From an uncultured Bacilli bacterium (GTDB lineage Bacteria > Bacillota_I > Bacilli_A > RF39 > UBA660), in NCBI GenBank assembly GCA_934101345.1, contig CAKOQV010000001.1, positions 104,991 through 166,827 on the forward strand: a stretch of DNA of 61,837 nt, in the 5' to 3' direction. This document shows, in pieces, positions 18,921 through 28,795 of the stretch (its first letter is position 1; every line of letters starts with the position of its first letter). The position numbers were made by a program, and so were the translations under genes. Below the pieces are notes generated by a model. The model was not told where the DNA came from, made no database searches, and saw only the letters and a program-made list of their open reading frames with translations.

Positions 18921-20012
18921 ATGAAAGAAAAAGCACTTGAAGTATTAAAAAAATTATCTGAACACAACTATGAATCCTACCTAGTCGGAGGTTATCCTAG
19001 AGATCTAATATTAGGAAGAAAAACTAATGATATAGATATTTGTACAAGTGCCACTCCTAAAGAAATATTAGAAATATTTGATAATGTTATTGTATCAGAT
19101 ATGCAATATGGATCTGTAGTAATTGTATATAAAGGTTGTAAGTTTGATACTACTACATTTAGAAAAGAAATAAAGTATGAAAGTAATCGAAAACCGGTAA
19201 AGATAAAATATATCAAAGACATCAAAAAAGATCTTTTACGAAGGGACTTTACTATCAATACTCAATGTATTGATAAAAATGATAACTTACTAGATATATT
19301 AAATGTAAGAAGTGATTTAGATAATAAATTACTTAAAACAGTGGGTAATCCTAGATATCGTATTAAAGAAGATTCTCTTAGAATACTTAGATGTATAAGA
19401 TTTGCTACTATACTGGATTTTGATATAGAAGAAAAAACTAAATACTTCTTAACTAAATATAGTTATCTATTAAAATCATTATCTATAAATAGAAAGAAAG
19501 AAGAACTAGATAAAATATTCCTATCTAAGAATAAAGAAAGAGGAAGAAGTCTACTATTAGAATTAAATCTTACTAATGCTTTAGATTTAGATAAACTAGC
19601 TACAATTACTATGTGTACTGATCTTACAGGTATTTGGTGTCAGCTAGAAGTAGATGATATATATCCATTTACTAAAGTAGAGAAAGAGCAAATGTCTAAG
19701 TTAAGAGAACTATTAAAGTATGATAAAATAGATAACTATCTACTATATAAATATGGTTTGTATCTATGTACTGTCTATGCTGAAATAAAAGGTATACCAA
19801 GAAGAAAAATAAATACTATGTATTCTAAATTACCAATACTTACAAGAAGAGATATAAATGTAACTGGTGAAGAAATATCTATGATATTAAATAAACCTCC
19901 TGGTAAATATATTAAAGATATACTTGATGATATAGAGGTAAATATATTAAATAGTAGTATTGGTAATGATAAAGAAGAAATAACTAAATATATTAAAGAT
20001 AAATACTTATAG
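18921..20012 (+). CDS. cca: CCA-adding tRNA nucleotidyltransferase
   Basis: GGYPRDLILGRKTNDIDICT head-domain motif and RRDFTIN. GGAGG RBS. Confidence 0.85.
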   Translation: MKEKALEVLKKLSEHNYESYLVGGYPRDLILGRKTNDIDICTSATPKEILEIFDNVIVSDMQYGSVVIVYKGCKFDTTTFRKEIKYESNRKPVKIKYIKDIKKDLLRRDFTINTQCIDKNDNLLDILNVRSDLDNKLLKTVGNPRYRIKEDSLRILRCIRFATILDFDIEEKTKYFLTKYSYLLKSLSINRKKEELDKIFLSKNKERGRSLLLELNLTNALDLDKLATITMCTDLTGIWCQLEVDDIYPFTKVEKEQMSKLRELLKYDKIDNYLLYKYGLYLCTVYAEIKGIPRRKINTMYSKLPILTRRDINVTGEEISMILNKPPGKYIKDILDDIEVNILNSSIGNDKEEITKYIKDKYL

Positions 20013-20037
20013 AAATATAGGTATTTTTTATATATAT

Positions 20038-20097
20038 CCCCCTTAAGCCTGTAGTCTTTCGGGGCAAAAGAAAGCCTTAAGTAAAGTCTTTCTTTTG
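20038..20097 (+). repeat. REP-like double-hairpin intergenic repeat, copy 4
   Basis: CCCCCTTAAG-CCTGTAGT-CTTTCGGGG, then CAAAAGAAAG-CCTTAAGTAAAGT-CTTTCTTTTG. Confidence 0.85.
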
Positions 20098-20143
20098 AAC
20101 ATTTTTGGGTACTAAACCAAATAAAAAGTACATAATTATTACT

Positions 20144-20767
20144 ATGAAATACTTATATATAATAATATTACTTTTTATAATGACTGGATGCACTTTTTCA
20201 AATGATTATAAGGAAGACTATAATATTCTTGAAGATAATTCTATTAGATTTATTAAGAGTGATGCTAGTATATCTTTCTTAATAAATAAGGATAATACTT
20301 TTTATCTTCTAGTGTTAAATGGGACTACTATTACTGATACTGACTATTTAATAAAAATAGATAATACTAAGTATAACATTAACTATACTGAAGAATATCT
20401 ACTAAAAGATACTTTAGTACTACAAGATATCATATTTAAAATAAATGATAAAATAGAAATAATACTAAATAATAAAACATTTTGCATATACCTAGATAGA
20501 TTAAATAAAGATAATTTTTTAGAATGTGATTTTATATATTTATATGATATTGATAAAGACTTCTATATAACAATAGATAGTAACCTTTTAGTACTCTTTT
20601 ATGATGCTTATACTAAGTTTAATTATAAATTCATGTATGAACTCTCTAAAGTATGGATAGATTCATATACCATAAGTAATGATAGTTATACCACATTAAC
20701 TATCTATGAAGATAATTTCTATGTTTCTTCATATAAAATAAGAGGTAAAACTATTCACAAAAAATAA
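20144..20767 (+). CDS. lipoprotein, function unknown
   Basis: MKYLYIIILLFIMTGC lipobox. The track ORF start (20105, TTG) lies inside the intergenic repeat and is unlikely to be real. Confidence 0.65.
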   Translation: MKYLYIIILLFIMTGCTFSNDYKEDYNILEDNSIRFIKSDASISFLINKDNTFYLLVLNGTTITDTDYLIKIDNTKYNINYTEEYLLKDTLVLQDIIFKINDKIEIILNNKTFCIYLDRLNKDNFLECDFIYLYDIDKDFYITIDSNLLVLFYDAYTKFNYKFMYELSKVWIDSYTISNDSYTTLTIYEDNFYVSSYKIRGKTIHKK

Positions 20768-20805
20768 AAAAAATGATACAATTTATTATATGGAGGAGAA
20801 GTAGT

Positions 20806-21207
20806 ATGAATAAAAAAGTATTAATAACCATTTTAATAACTATAATTCTTCTCATATTTAGTATAATTCTATATCCTGTAATAAAAAATAATAATTATCA
20901 AAAGAAATTACTAAATAATATTTATGAAAATACTAATCTAAAAGATATAAAATATTTAAATAAAGATAATAACTACTACATAATAAAAACTAAAGATAAA
21001 GTACTAGTTTTAGATTTAAATTATGAAGAAGTATATAGTATAAGTACTAGTGAAATAAAGATGGGTAATTTAGATTTATCTTATACAAGAAATAGTTTAT
21101 ACTATAAAGAAAGAATAAGAAAAAATAATAAATTAACATACAAATATTATGATATAAAAACAAATGAAGAAGTATTTACTAGTGTACTAGGAGGTTCCAA
21201 TGAATGA
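20806..21207 (+). CDS. membrane-anchored protein, function unknown
   Basis: GGAGG RBS precedes the ATG at 20806. N-terminal TM (VLITILITIILLIFSIILYPV). Confidence 0.55.
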   Translation: MNKKVLITILITIILLIFSIILYPVIKNNNYQKKLLNNIYENTNLKDIKYLNKDNNYYIIKTKDKVLVLDLNYEEVYSISTSEIKMGNLDLSYTRNSLYYKERIRKNNKLTYKYYDIKTNEEVFTSVLGGSNE

Positions 21208-21844
21208 GATAGAAAATATATTAAAAGAAAAACCAATTGTATTACCAAGATATTTATTTAATTACTATCTTAGATTAGGTATTACTCCTGAAGAATTAAT
21301 AATTTTAATATTTGTTATGGATAAAGGTAATAAGGTAATATATAATCCATTAGAATTAAGTGAAGAACTAGGAATGGATAAGTTCAAAGTAATGGAATTA
21401 TTAAATAGTTTAAATGAAAAAAAGATTATATCTATTACTGTAGAAAAAGAAAATAATAAGAGTGAAGAATATATATCATTAGAATTACTTTATAAAAAAA
21501 TAGCTAATATATTAATAGATAAAAAAGAAGATAAAACACTAGATAATAGTGATATATTCTCTATATTTGAAAAGGAGTTTGGTAGAACAATTTCCTCAAT
21601 GGAATGTCAGATAATTAAAGGTTGGATAGATGATGGCTTTTCTCACGAGTTAATAATGGAAGGTTTAAAAGAGGCTATATATAATGGTGTAACAAGTCTT
21701 AGATATATTGAAAAGATATTATATGAATGGCGTAAAAAAGGATATAAGAATAAAAAAGATATACAAGAGGCTAAAGAAAAGTACCGTGAAAGTAAAAAAG
21801 AAACTAAAGACTATTTCTTTTATGATTGGATAAATGATGATTAA
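21200..21844 (+). CDS. dnaD: DnaD-domain replication initiation/membrane attachment protein
   Basis: C-terminal DnaD/DnaB_2 block FEKEFGRTISSMECQIIKGWIDDGFSHELIMEGLKEA...YIEKILYEWRKKG. Confidence 0.8.
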   Translation: MNEIENILKEKPIVLPRYLFNYYLRLGITPEELIILIFVMDKGNKVIYNPLELSEELGMDKFKVMELLNSLNEKKIISITVEKENNKSEEYISLELLYKKIANILIDKKEDKTLDNSDIFSIFEKEFGRTISSMECQIIKGWIDDGFSHELIMEGLKEAIYNGVTSLRYIEKILYEWRKKGYKNKKDIQEAKEKYRESKKETKDYFFYDWINDD

Positions 21845-22472
21845 TAAGATATTAGATTATTTAGATGAATTATATCCTAACCCCAAGTGTGAACTAGAAT
21901 ATACTAAAGACTATGAATTATTAATAGCTATAGTAATGAGTGCTCAAACTACTGATAAAAGAGTTAATATGGTAAATAAAGTTTTATTTAAGAAGTATCA
22001 GAGCGTTAAAGAGTTATCAGAGGCTAGTCTTGAAGATATAGAAAAAATAATTAAACCAATAGGTACTTATAAAAAGAAGGCTGTATTTATTAAAGAAATA
22101 GCTACTAAATTAATAAATGATAATATTAAAGTTATTCCAAATGATAGAGAATATTTAAGTTCTTTTCCTGGAGTGGGTAGAAAAACGATAAATGTCTTTT
22201 TATCAGTTATTTATAATGAACCTTTAGTAGCAGTGGATACTCATGTAAATAGAGTAAGTAAAAGACTTAAACTAGCTAAAGATGGTGATGATGTCCTTGA
22301 GGTAGAAAAGAAACTTATGAAGAAAATACCTAAAGATAAATGGAATAAAGTTCATCATCAGTTAGTTTTCTTTGGTAGATATAAATGTAAGAGTATTAGT
22401 CCTTTGTGTACTGATTGTAAATTAAAAGATATATGTAAATATTATTCTGTTCACTCTAAGCCAAGGTCTTAG
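21834..22472 (+). CDS. nth: endonuclease III
   Basis: HhH-GPD motif (FPGVGRKTINV, VDTHVNRV) and a C-X6-C-X2-C-X5-C cluster (CKSISPLCTDCKLKDIC). The 3' end runs into an intergenic repeat. Confidence 0.93.
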   Translation: MMINKILDYLDELYPNPKCELEYTKDYELLIAIVMSAQTTDKRVNMVNKVLFKKYQSVKELSEASLEDIEKIIKPIGTYKKKAVFIKEIATKLINDNIKVIPNDREYLSSFPGVGRKTINVFLSVIYNEPLVAVDTHVNRVSKRLKLAKDGDDVLEVEKKLMKKIPKDKWNKVHHQLVFFGRYKCKSISPLCTDCKLKDICKYYSVHSKPRS

Positions 22473-22509
22473 AGTGTTATTTATAGCCTGCTTCTCAGTC
22501 TATAAATAA
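22452..22509 (+). repeat. REP-like double-hairpin intergenic repeat, copy 5 (overlaps the nth 3' end)
   Basis: CACTCTAAG-CCAAGGT-CTTAGAGTG, then TTATTTATAG-CCTGCTTCTCAGT-CTATAAATAA. Confidence 0.85.
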
Positions 22510-22569
22510 ATATCAGCCATATCCATTATATTCGGGGTGAATACTAAATTAAAAGGAAAGGAACAAATT

Positions 22570-23433
22570 ATGAATACTAAGTTAAATGATATAGAAAATA
22601 AGTCAGTAAAGAAAATAGTGAAATTTAAAAGAATATATATAGAAATAACTAATGTATGTAATTTAAATTGTTCTTTTTGTAGTAAATCAAGTAAATCAAA
22701 TAGAGAGATGACTTCCGAAGAATTTAAAGAAGTATTAAGTAAAATAAATAACTATACAGATTATATATATCTTCATGTAAAGGGAGAACCACTTACTCAC
22801 CATAACTTGGATAAGATACTAGATATCACTAAAGAATATAATAAAAAAGTATGTATTACTACCAATGGTGTATTTCTAAAAGATAGATTACCTATATTAA
22901 AAAAATATGATAATATCTATCAAATAAACATATCTTTACATAGTGAAAATAATAAAAAAAATTATCTTGAAGATATAATATCTTCAGTAAATGAGATATC
23001 TTCATATATAAGCTACCGTTTTTGGACATTAGATAATAATAAGATGGATAATAAAACCAAAGAATATATCAAAGTATTAAAAGAAGTCTATAATAAAGAA
23101 GAAATATATGATGGTATAAAACTAAAAGATAAAGTATATTTAAGTTTAGATAATAAATTTACTTGGCCAAGTATAAATAATGATTATTATAATGAAAGAG
23201 GTACTTGTCTAGGAGCTAAAACTCAGTTAGCTATATTATCTGATGGTACAGTTAGTGTCTGCTGTCTAGATAGTGAAGGAGTATCAAATTTAGGTAATAT
23301 TTATTTAAGTACTATGGAAGATATTCTGGCTAGTGATAAATATCAAAATATTCTAAAAGGTTTTAATGATCATAAAGTATATTTAGATATATGCAAACAT
23401 TGTTCATATAAAGAAAGATTTGATAAAAAGTAG
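22570..23433 (+). CDS. radical SAM protein with a C-terminal Cys-rich (SPASM/twitch-like) region
   Basis: CNLNCSFC (CX3CX2C) near the N-terminus, with later CLGA...CCLD...CKHC. The ATG at 22570 follows AAAGGAAAGGA. Confidence 0.8.
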   Translation: MNTKLNDIENKSVKKIVKFKRIYIEITNVCNLNCSFCSKSSKSNREMTSEEFKEVLSKINNYTDYIYLHVKGEPLTHHNLDKILDITKEYNKKVCITTNGVFLKDRLPILKKYDNIYQINISLHSENNKKNYLEDIISSVNEISSYISYRFWTLDNNKMDNKTKEYIKVLKEVYNKEEIYDGIKLKDKVYLSLDNKFTWPSINNDYYNERGTCLGAKTQLAILSDGTVSVCCLDSEGVSNLGNIYLSTMEDILASDKYQNILKGFNDHKVYLDICKHCSYKERFDKK

Positions 23434-23523
23434 CAGATAAATTTGTAAATAAAAAGTAAATAATTAGTAAAAACTTTTTACTTTTTTTCTTTTGTGATAT
23501 ACTAAGTATAGGTGAGGTACAAT

Positions 23524-25332
23524 ATGTGTGGAATAAATGGAATAATAAGCAAAGAAAAAGACAAAGATAAATTAATAAAAGAAATGAATAAAAAAATAGT
23601 TCATCGTGGACCTGATGCTGAAGGTATATATGTAGATGATAATGTTGCTTTAGGTCAAAGAAGATTATCAATAATCGATCTTGAGGGTGGTAATCAGCCT
23701 ATATATAATAAAGATAAAAGTATTTTAATAGTATATAATGGTGAAGTATATAATTATAAAGAATTAAAAGAAGAATTAACTGAATACGAGTTTCAAACAA
23801 ACTCTGATACTGAAGTAATATTACATGGATATGAAAAGTGGGGTAAAGAATTACCTAAAAAGTTAAGAGGTATGTTTGCATATGCTATCTACGATAAGAA
23901 TAAAAATGAAATATTTATATCTAGAGATCATTTTGGTATTAAACCATTATACTATTATCAAAATAAAGATGTAATATTATTTGGTTCAGAAATAAAAAGT
24001 TTTTTAGCTCATCCTAAATTTAAAAAAGAATTAAATAAAGAGTTAATAGGGCCATATCTAACATTTAGTTTTACTCCAACAGATGAAACATTCTTTAAAG
24101 ATGTTTATAGATTGCCTGGTGGTCACTCTATGACTATTAATGTTAAGACTAAGAAAATAAAAATAGAAAGATATTTTAAAGTTGAGTTTTCTAATACTAA
24201 AGAAAGTTTTGATGAGGTAGTAGAGGAAATCTCTAAAGCAATGAATGATTCAGTAAAACATCATTTAATAAGTGATGTTGAAGTTGGTTCTTTCCTTTCT
24301 AGCGGTGTTGATTCTTCTTACTTAGTAAGTTTAGCAAAACCAGATAAAACTTATACTATTGGTTTTGATTTAGCTAAATATAGTGAAATAGAATATGCTA
24401 AAGATTTAACTGATAAATTAAAAATAAAGAATATTAGTGAAAAAATATCTAAAGAAGAATATATGAAAGCTATTCCGGATGTCTACTACCACATGGATGA
24501 ACCAACTGCTGATGGCTGTGCAATAGCGGTATACTTCTTATCAAGACTTGCTAGTAAAGATGTAAAAGTAGTACTATCAGGAGAAGGAGCTGATGAGTTC
24601 TTTGGAGGCTATAATAGTTATGATGATAACTTCTATACTAAATTACCATTATTTGTAAGAAAGACACTTGCTAGTATTTGTAAAGTTTTACCTAAAAATA
24701 AAATAACTAGATATATAATAAGAAGAGGAATGTCAATAGAAGAATCTTATGTTAGTATAAATAGAACTTATTATGATGATGAATTAAAAGATGTACTAAA
24801 ATATAAAAATTATATAAAAAATAAAGATATAACTAAAGAAGTATATGAAGAATATAAAGATTATGATAAATTAAATAAAATGCTTGCAGTAGATATAAGA
24901 TATTGGTTAAGTAATAATATTCTTACTATTGTAGATAGAATGACTATGGCTCATTCTATAGAATCTAGAGTACCATTTACTGATATAGATGTTTTTAAAA
25001 TATCTAGTATATTACCAAAGAAATATAAAGTAAGTGAAGGTACTACTAAAGTGGCTTTAAGAGAGGCTGCTAAAAAGGTAATACCAAATGATGCTTATAA
25101 AAAGAAAAAACTAGGTTTTCCTGTACCAATTAGAGAATGGATAAGAGAAGATGATTTCTATAACGAAATAAAAAATACATTTAATACTGATATATCTAAA
25201 GAATTATTTAATACGGATTATCTAATGAAAATATTAGATGAACATAAGAATAAGGTAAAAGATAATTATCGTAGAATATGGGCTGTATATAGTTTCTTAA
25301 AATGGTATGAAGAATACTTCATAAAAAGATAA
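23524..25332 (+). CDS. asnB: asparagine synthase (glutamine-hydrolysing)
   Basis: Starts MCGI (catalytic Cys2). RLSIIDL, YNGEVYNY and SGVDSS (PP-loop SGGxDS-like) motifs are present. GAGG RBS. Confidence 0.93.
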   Translation: MCGINGIISKEKDKDKLIKEMNKKIVHRGPDAEGIYVDDNVALGQRRLSIIDLEGGNQPIYNKDKSILIVYNGEVYNYKELKEELTEYEFQTNSDTEVILHGYEKWGKELPKKLRGMFAYAIYDKNKNEIFISRDHFGIKPLYYYQNKDVILFGSEIKSFLAHPKFKKELNKELIGPYLTFSFTPTDETFFKDVYRLPGGHSMTINVKTKKIKIERYFKVEFSNTKESFDEVVEEISKAMNDSVKHHLISDVEVGSFLSSGVDSSYLVSLAKPDKTYTIGFDLAKYSEIEYAKDLTDKLKIKNISEKISKEEYMKAIPDVYYHMDEPTADGCAIAVYFLSRLASKDVKVVLSGEGADEFFGGYNSYDDNFYTKLPLFVRKTLASICKVLPKNKITRYIIRRGMSIEESYVSINRTYYDDELKDVLKYKNYIKNKDITKEVYEEYKDYDKLNKMLAVDIRYWLSNNILTIVDRMTMAHSIESRVPFTDIDVFKISSILPKKYKVSEGTTKVALREAAKKVIPNDAYKKKKLGFPVPIREWIREDDFYNEIKNTFNTDISKELFNTDYLMKILDEHKNKVKDNYRRIWAVYSFLKWYEEYFIKR

Positions 25333-25386
25333 TAAAAAGCTTTTTATCCTTAATTAATTATGATATAATATCGCATGAGGTATAAT

Positions 25387-25797
25387 ATGAATAAATTAGG
25401 TATTGATAATAAACAGTATATTGAAAACATTGAAATAAAGTTAGTAGAACATAAGATGAACATTATTAGTAGTAATTTCACTTTTAATGAAGAAGAATTG
25501 AAATTGGAATATATAAAAAAATTGCATAGTTTTTTATTTGGAGATATTTATTATAATGCTGGTAATTTTTCTAACAGAATAAATACAAAAATAATAATGA
25601 TGGCTAACAAAATAATTGATGATATTTATGATATGTTAGAATATATTAATTATGATGAAGTAAAAGAAATGATAGAAAATAAAATAAAAGAATTGATCGG
25701 GTTGCAATTATTTGATGATGGTAATAATAGGGTAATTATGTGTTATTATAATTTATTGATAGAACCTTATATAAAAAGTTCGGAAAGAGGTAGATAA
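25387..25797 (+). CDS. Fic/Doc-fold protein with a degenerate active-site motif
   Basis: LHSFLFGDIYYNAGNFS resembles the Fic core helix. The motif position reads QLFDDGNNRV rather than HxFx(D/E)GNGRxxR. Confidence 0.5.
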   Translation: MNKLGIDNKQYIENIEIKLVEHKMNIISSNFTFNEEELKLEYIKKLHSFLFGDIYYNAGNFSNRINTKIIMMANKIIDDIYDMLEYINYDEVKEMIENKIKELIGLQLFDDGNNRVIMCYYNLLIEPYIKSSERGR

Positions 25798-25798
25798 A

Positions 25799-27442
25799 AT
25801 GACTGATATTGAAATTGCAAGAAGTATAAATCCTAAGAATATAACTGAAGTAGCCAAAGAACTTGGTATTGAAGATAAAATAGAATTATATGGTAGCAAT
25901 AAAGCTAAAATATCTTTAGATTTATTAAATAATAAAAGAAATAGTAAATTAGTTTTAGTGACTGCGATTAATCCTACTCCAATGGGTGAAGGTAAAACTA
26001 CTGTGTCAATATCTTTAAACGATGCCTTGTGTAAATTGGGTAAAAAAAGTATTTTGGCACTAAGAGAACCATCACTGGGACCTGTATTTGGTGTGAAGGG
26101 AGGAGCTACCGGAGGAGGATATGCTCAGGTAATACCCATGGAAGATATTAATCTTCACTTTACTGGGGATTTTCATGCTATAACTACTGCTAATAATTTA
26201 TTATGTTCAGTGATAGATAACCATATCTATCAAGGCAATACTTTAAATATTGATAAAGTAATATTTAAAAGATGTTTAGATTTAAATGATAGACAGTTAA
26301 GGGTAATAAATACAGGGTTATCAAAAGAAAAAAATACTAAAGAGAGAATTGATGGTTTTGATATAACTGCTGCTTCTGAAATAATGGCCATTTTATGTCT
26401 TAGTAAAGATTTAAATGACTTAAAAAGAAGAATTGGTAATATTGTAATTGGTTATGATAATAAAGGAAAAGAGATAACTGCTAGAATGTTAAAGGCTGAT
26501 GGGGCAATGACTGTTTTACTAAAAGATGCTATAAAGCCTAATTTAGTTCAAACTCTCGAAGGTAATCCATGCATCATACATGGTGGACCATTTGCTAATA
26601 TTGCTCATGGTTGTAATAGTGTAATAGCTACTAATATTGCTATGTCACTAGGAGATATAACTGTAACTGAGGCCGGTTTTGGAGCAGATTTAGGAGCAGA
26701 AAAATTTTTAGATATAAAATGTAGAAATATTAATACTCATCCTGATGCAGTAGTATTAGTAGCTACAATTAGATCACTTAAATATCATGGTGGTATGCCT
26801 AAAGAAGATATAACCAAAGAAAGTATTGATTATTTAGAAAAAGGTATGAATAATTTATATAGACATATACATAATTTAAAAGAGGTATATGGTCTTAATG
26901 TAGTCGTAGCTATTAATAGATTTAGTACTGATACTGATAAAGAAATTAATTATCTAGAAGAAGAATTAAACAAGATAGATATAGATTATGCAGTTACTAA
27001 TGGTTATTTATTAGGCAGTGATGGCAGTATAGACTTAGCTAGAAAAGTTTTAGATAATATTAGTAAACCTAATAACTTTAACTATGCTTATGATATAAAT
27101 GATAGTATTAAAGAAAAGATATACAAAGTATCTACAAAAATATATGGTGCTAAAGATGTAGAGTATTCAGAGACAGCTTTGGAAAAACTATCACTACTCG
27201 AAGAAAAATATAATAATGTACCAATATGTATTGCTAAAACACAGTATTCATTATCGGATGATCCAAAGAATTTGGATCCTAAGAAAGACTATAATATTCA
27301 TGTGACAGATCTTGTATTAAAGAGTGGTGCAGAATTTATCGTAGTCTTAACTGGAGATATAATGACTATGCCAGGATTACCAAAAGTACCTAATAGCGAG
27401 AATATAGATATTATAGATGGTGTAACTATAGGAATATTTTAA
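25799..27442 (+). CDS. fhs: formate--tetrahydrofolate ligase
   Basis: TDIEIA N-terminus, PTPMGEGKTT P-loop, EPSLGPVFGVKGGATGGGY and GGPFANIAHGCNS motifs. Confidence 0.96.
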   Translation: MTDIEIARSINPKNITEVAKELGIEDKIELYGSNKAKISLDLLNNKRNSKLVLVTAINPTPMGEGKTTVSISLNDALCKLGKKSILALREPSLGPVFGVKGGATGGGYAQVIPMEDINLHFTGDFHAITTANNLLCSVIDNHIYQGNTLNIDKVIFKRCLDLNDRQLRVINTGLSKEKNTKERIDGFDITAASEIMAILCLSKDLNDLKRRIGNIVIGYDNKGKEITARMLKADGAMTVLLKDAIKPNLVQTLEGNPCIIHGGPFANIAHGCNSVIATNIAMSLGDITVTEAGFGADLGAEKFLDIKCRNINTHPDAVVLVATIRSLKYHGGMPKEDITKESIDYLEKGMNNLYRHIHNLKEVYGLNVVVAINRFSTDTDKEINYLEEELNKIDIDYAVTNGYLLGSDGSIDLARKVLDNISKPNNFNYAYDINDSIKEKIYKVSTKIYGAKDVEYSETALEKLSLLEEKYNNVPICIAKTQYSLSDDPKNLDPKKDYNIHVTDLVLKSGAEFIVVLTGDIMTMPGLPKVPNSENIDIIDGVTIGIF

Positions 27443-27516
27443 TATTCCTTTTCTTTATAAATGCTTTATTTTATTAAAATAATGTGCTAAAATACTAAAA
27501 GAAAGAAGGAAGAAGT

Positions 27517-28782
27517 ATGAAAGTAGGAATATGTTCATTAGGATGTAAAGTTAATATATATGAAAGTGAATTAGTTACTAATATATTAAAAAATAATAAT
27601 TATACAGTAGTGGATTTTGAGGATAAAGCAGATATATATATAATAAATACTTGTAGTGTAACTAATGAAAGTGATAAGAAAAGTAGAAAGATGATAAATA
27701 GGGCTAAGAAGAATAATCCTGCCGCTATTATTATAGTAATGGGTTGTTATAGTCAGGTTAATGCTGAAGATATTGATGTAGATATTGTCTTAGGTAATAA
27801 AGATAAATCTAAAATAGTAGAAATAATTGAAGAATATATAAAAACAAAACAAAAGAAAAAAATAATATATGATTTAACTAAAGTAGACTTTGAAAAGATG
27901 GAAATAACTAATTTTGATAGTCATACTAGAGCTTTTGTAAAAATACAAGATGGATGTAATGCCTTCTGTTCTTACTGCATAATACCGTATGTAAGAGGAA
28001 GAGTAAGAAGTAAAGATCCTGAGGATGTTATTAAAGAGGTAACAGCACTAGTGGAAAAGGGTTATAAAGAAATAGTACTAACAGGTATTCATACAGGCAG
28101 GTATGGAACTGATATAAATACTAATCTTGAAGAACTATTAAATAAATTGGTAAATATACCAAATATATATCGTATAAGATTATCTTCAATAGAGATAAAT
28201 GAAATAACTCCAGGTATAAAAAAATTATTAAAAGAAAATAAAGTGATGGCTAAACATTTACATATACCATTACAATCAGGATCTGATAAAATATTAAAAC
28301 TTATGAATAGAAGATATAACAAAGAAGAATTTCTATCTATGGTAGATAATTTAAGAGATATACCTGATATATCTTTAACTACTGATTTAATCGTAGGCTT
28401 TCCAAATGAAGGTGAAGAAGAATTTAATGAGACAATAGATACTTTAAAAGAAATAGGTTTTACTAAGATTCATACTTTTCCATATTCTAAAAGAAAGGGT
28501 ACTCCAGCGGCCATTATGGATAATCAAGTATCTCCTGAAGAAAAGAAAAAGAGAGTACATAAAATATTAGACTTATCTAATAGGTATGAACATAATTTCT
28601 ATGAAAGTAAGATAGGCAAAATCTATGATGGTGTAGTAGAGGTTCATTCTAATGGTACTACTATTGTTCATACTTCTAACTTTATACCAGTAATTATTAA
28701 TGATATAGTAGAAGAAGGAACTATAGTAGATGTTAAAATAGAAAAAGTAGAAGATTTAAAAGTATATGGAAGAATAGTTTAA
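27517..28782 (+). CDS. mtaB: tRNA methylthiotransferase, MtaB-type (MiaB family radical SAM)
   Basis: UPF0004 N-terminal domain (GCKVNIYESE...TCSVT), radical SAM CNAFCSYC, and a C-terminal TRAM-like domain. Confidence 0.88.
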   Translation: MKVGICSLGCKVNIYESELVTNILKNNNYTVVDFEDKADIYIINTCSVTNESDKKSRKMINRAKKNNPAAIIIVMGCYSQVNAEDIDVDIVLGNKDKSKIVEIIEEYIKTKQKKKIIYDLTKVDFEKMEITNFDSHTRAFVKIQDGCNAFCSYCIIPYVRGRVRSKDPEDVIKEVTALVEKGYKEIVLTGIHTGRYGTDINTNLEELLNKLVNIPNIYRIRLSSIEINEITPGIKKLLKENKVMAKHLHIPLQSGSDKILKLMNRRYNKEEFLSMVDNLRDIPDISLTTDLIVGFPNEGEEEFNETIDTLKEIGFTKIHTFPYSKRKGTPAAIMDNQVSPEEKKKRVHKILDLSNRYEHNFYESKIGKIYDGVVEVHSNGTTIVHTSNFIPVIINDIVEEGTIVDVKIEKVEDLKVYGRIV

Positions 28783-28795
28783 AAGGAGAATAAAT

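Noticed and set aside
20105-20143. N-terminal extension of the lipoprotein ORF from a TTG at 20105 (MGTKPNKKYIIIT...).
   Set aside because: The extension begins just past the 3' end of intergenic repeat copy 4 (20038-20097), in the short spacer before the gene. The internal ATG at 20144 gives a canonical lipoprotein signal peptide.
23512-25389. Identical MRYNM N-termini of the track ORFs for asnB and the Fic-like gene, and the duplicated MNTKL at 22537/22570.
   Set aside because: These arise from similar RBS-spacer sequences (tgaggtaYaatATG) read as coding from upstream non-ATG starts. The true starts are the downstream ATGs (MCGI... for asnB).
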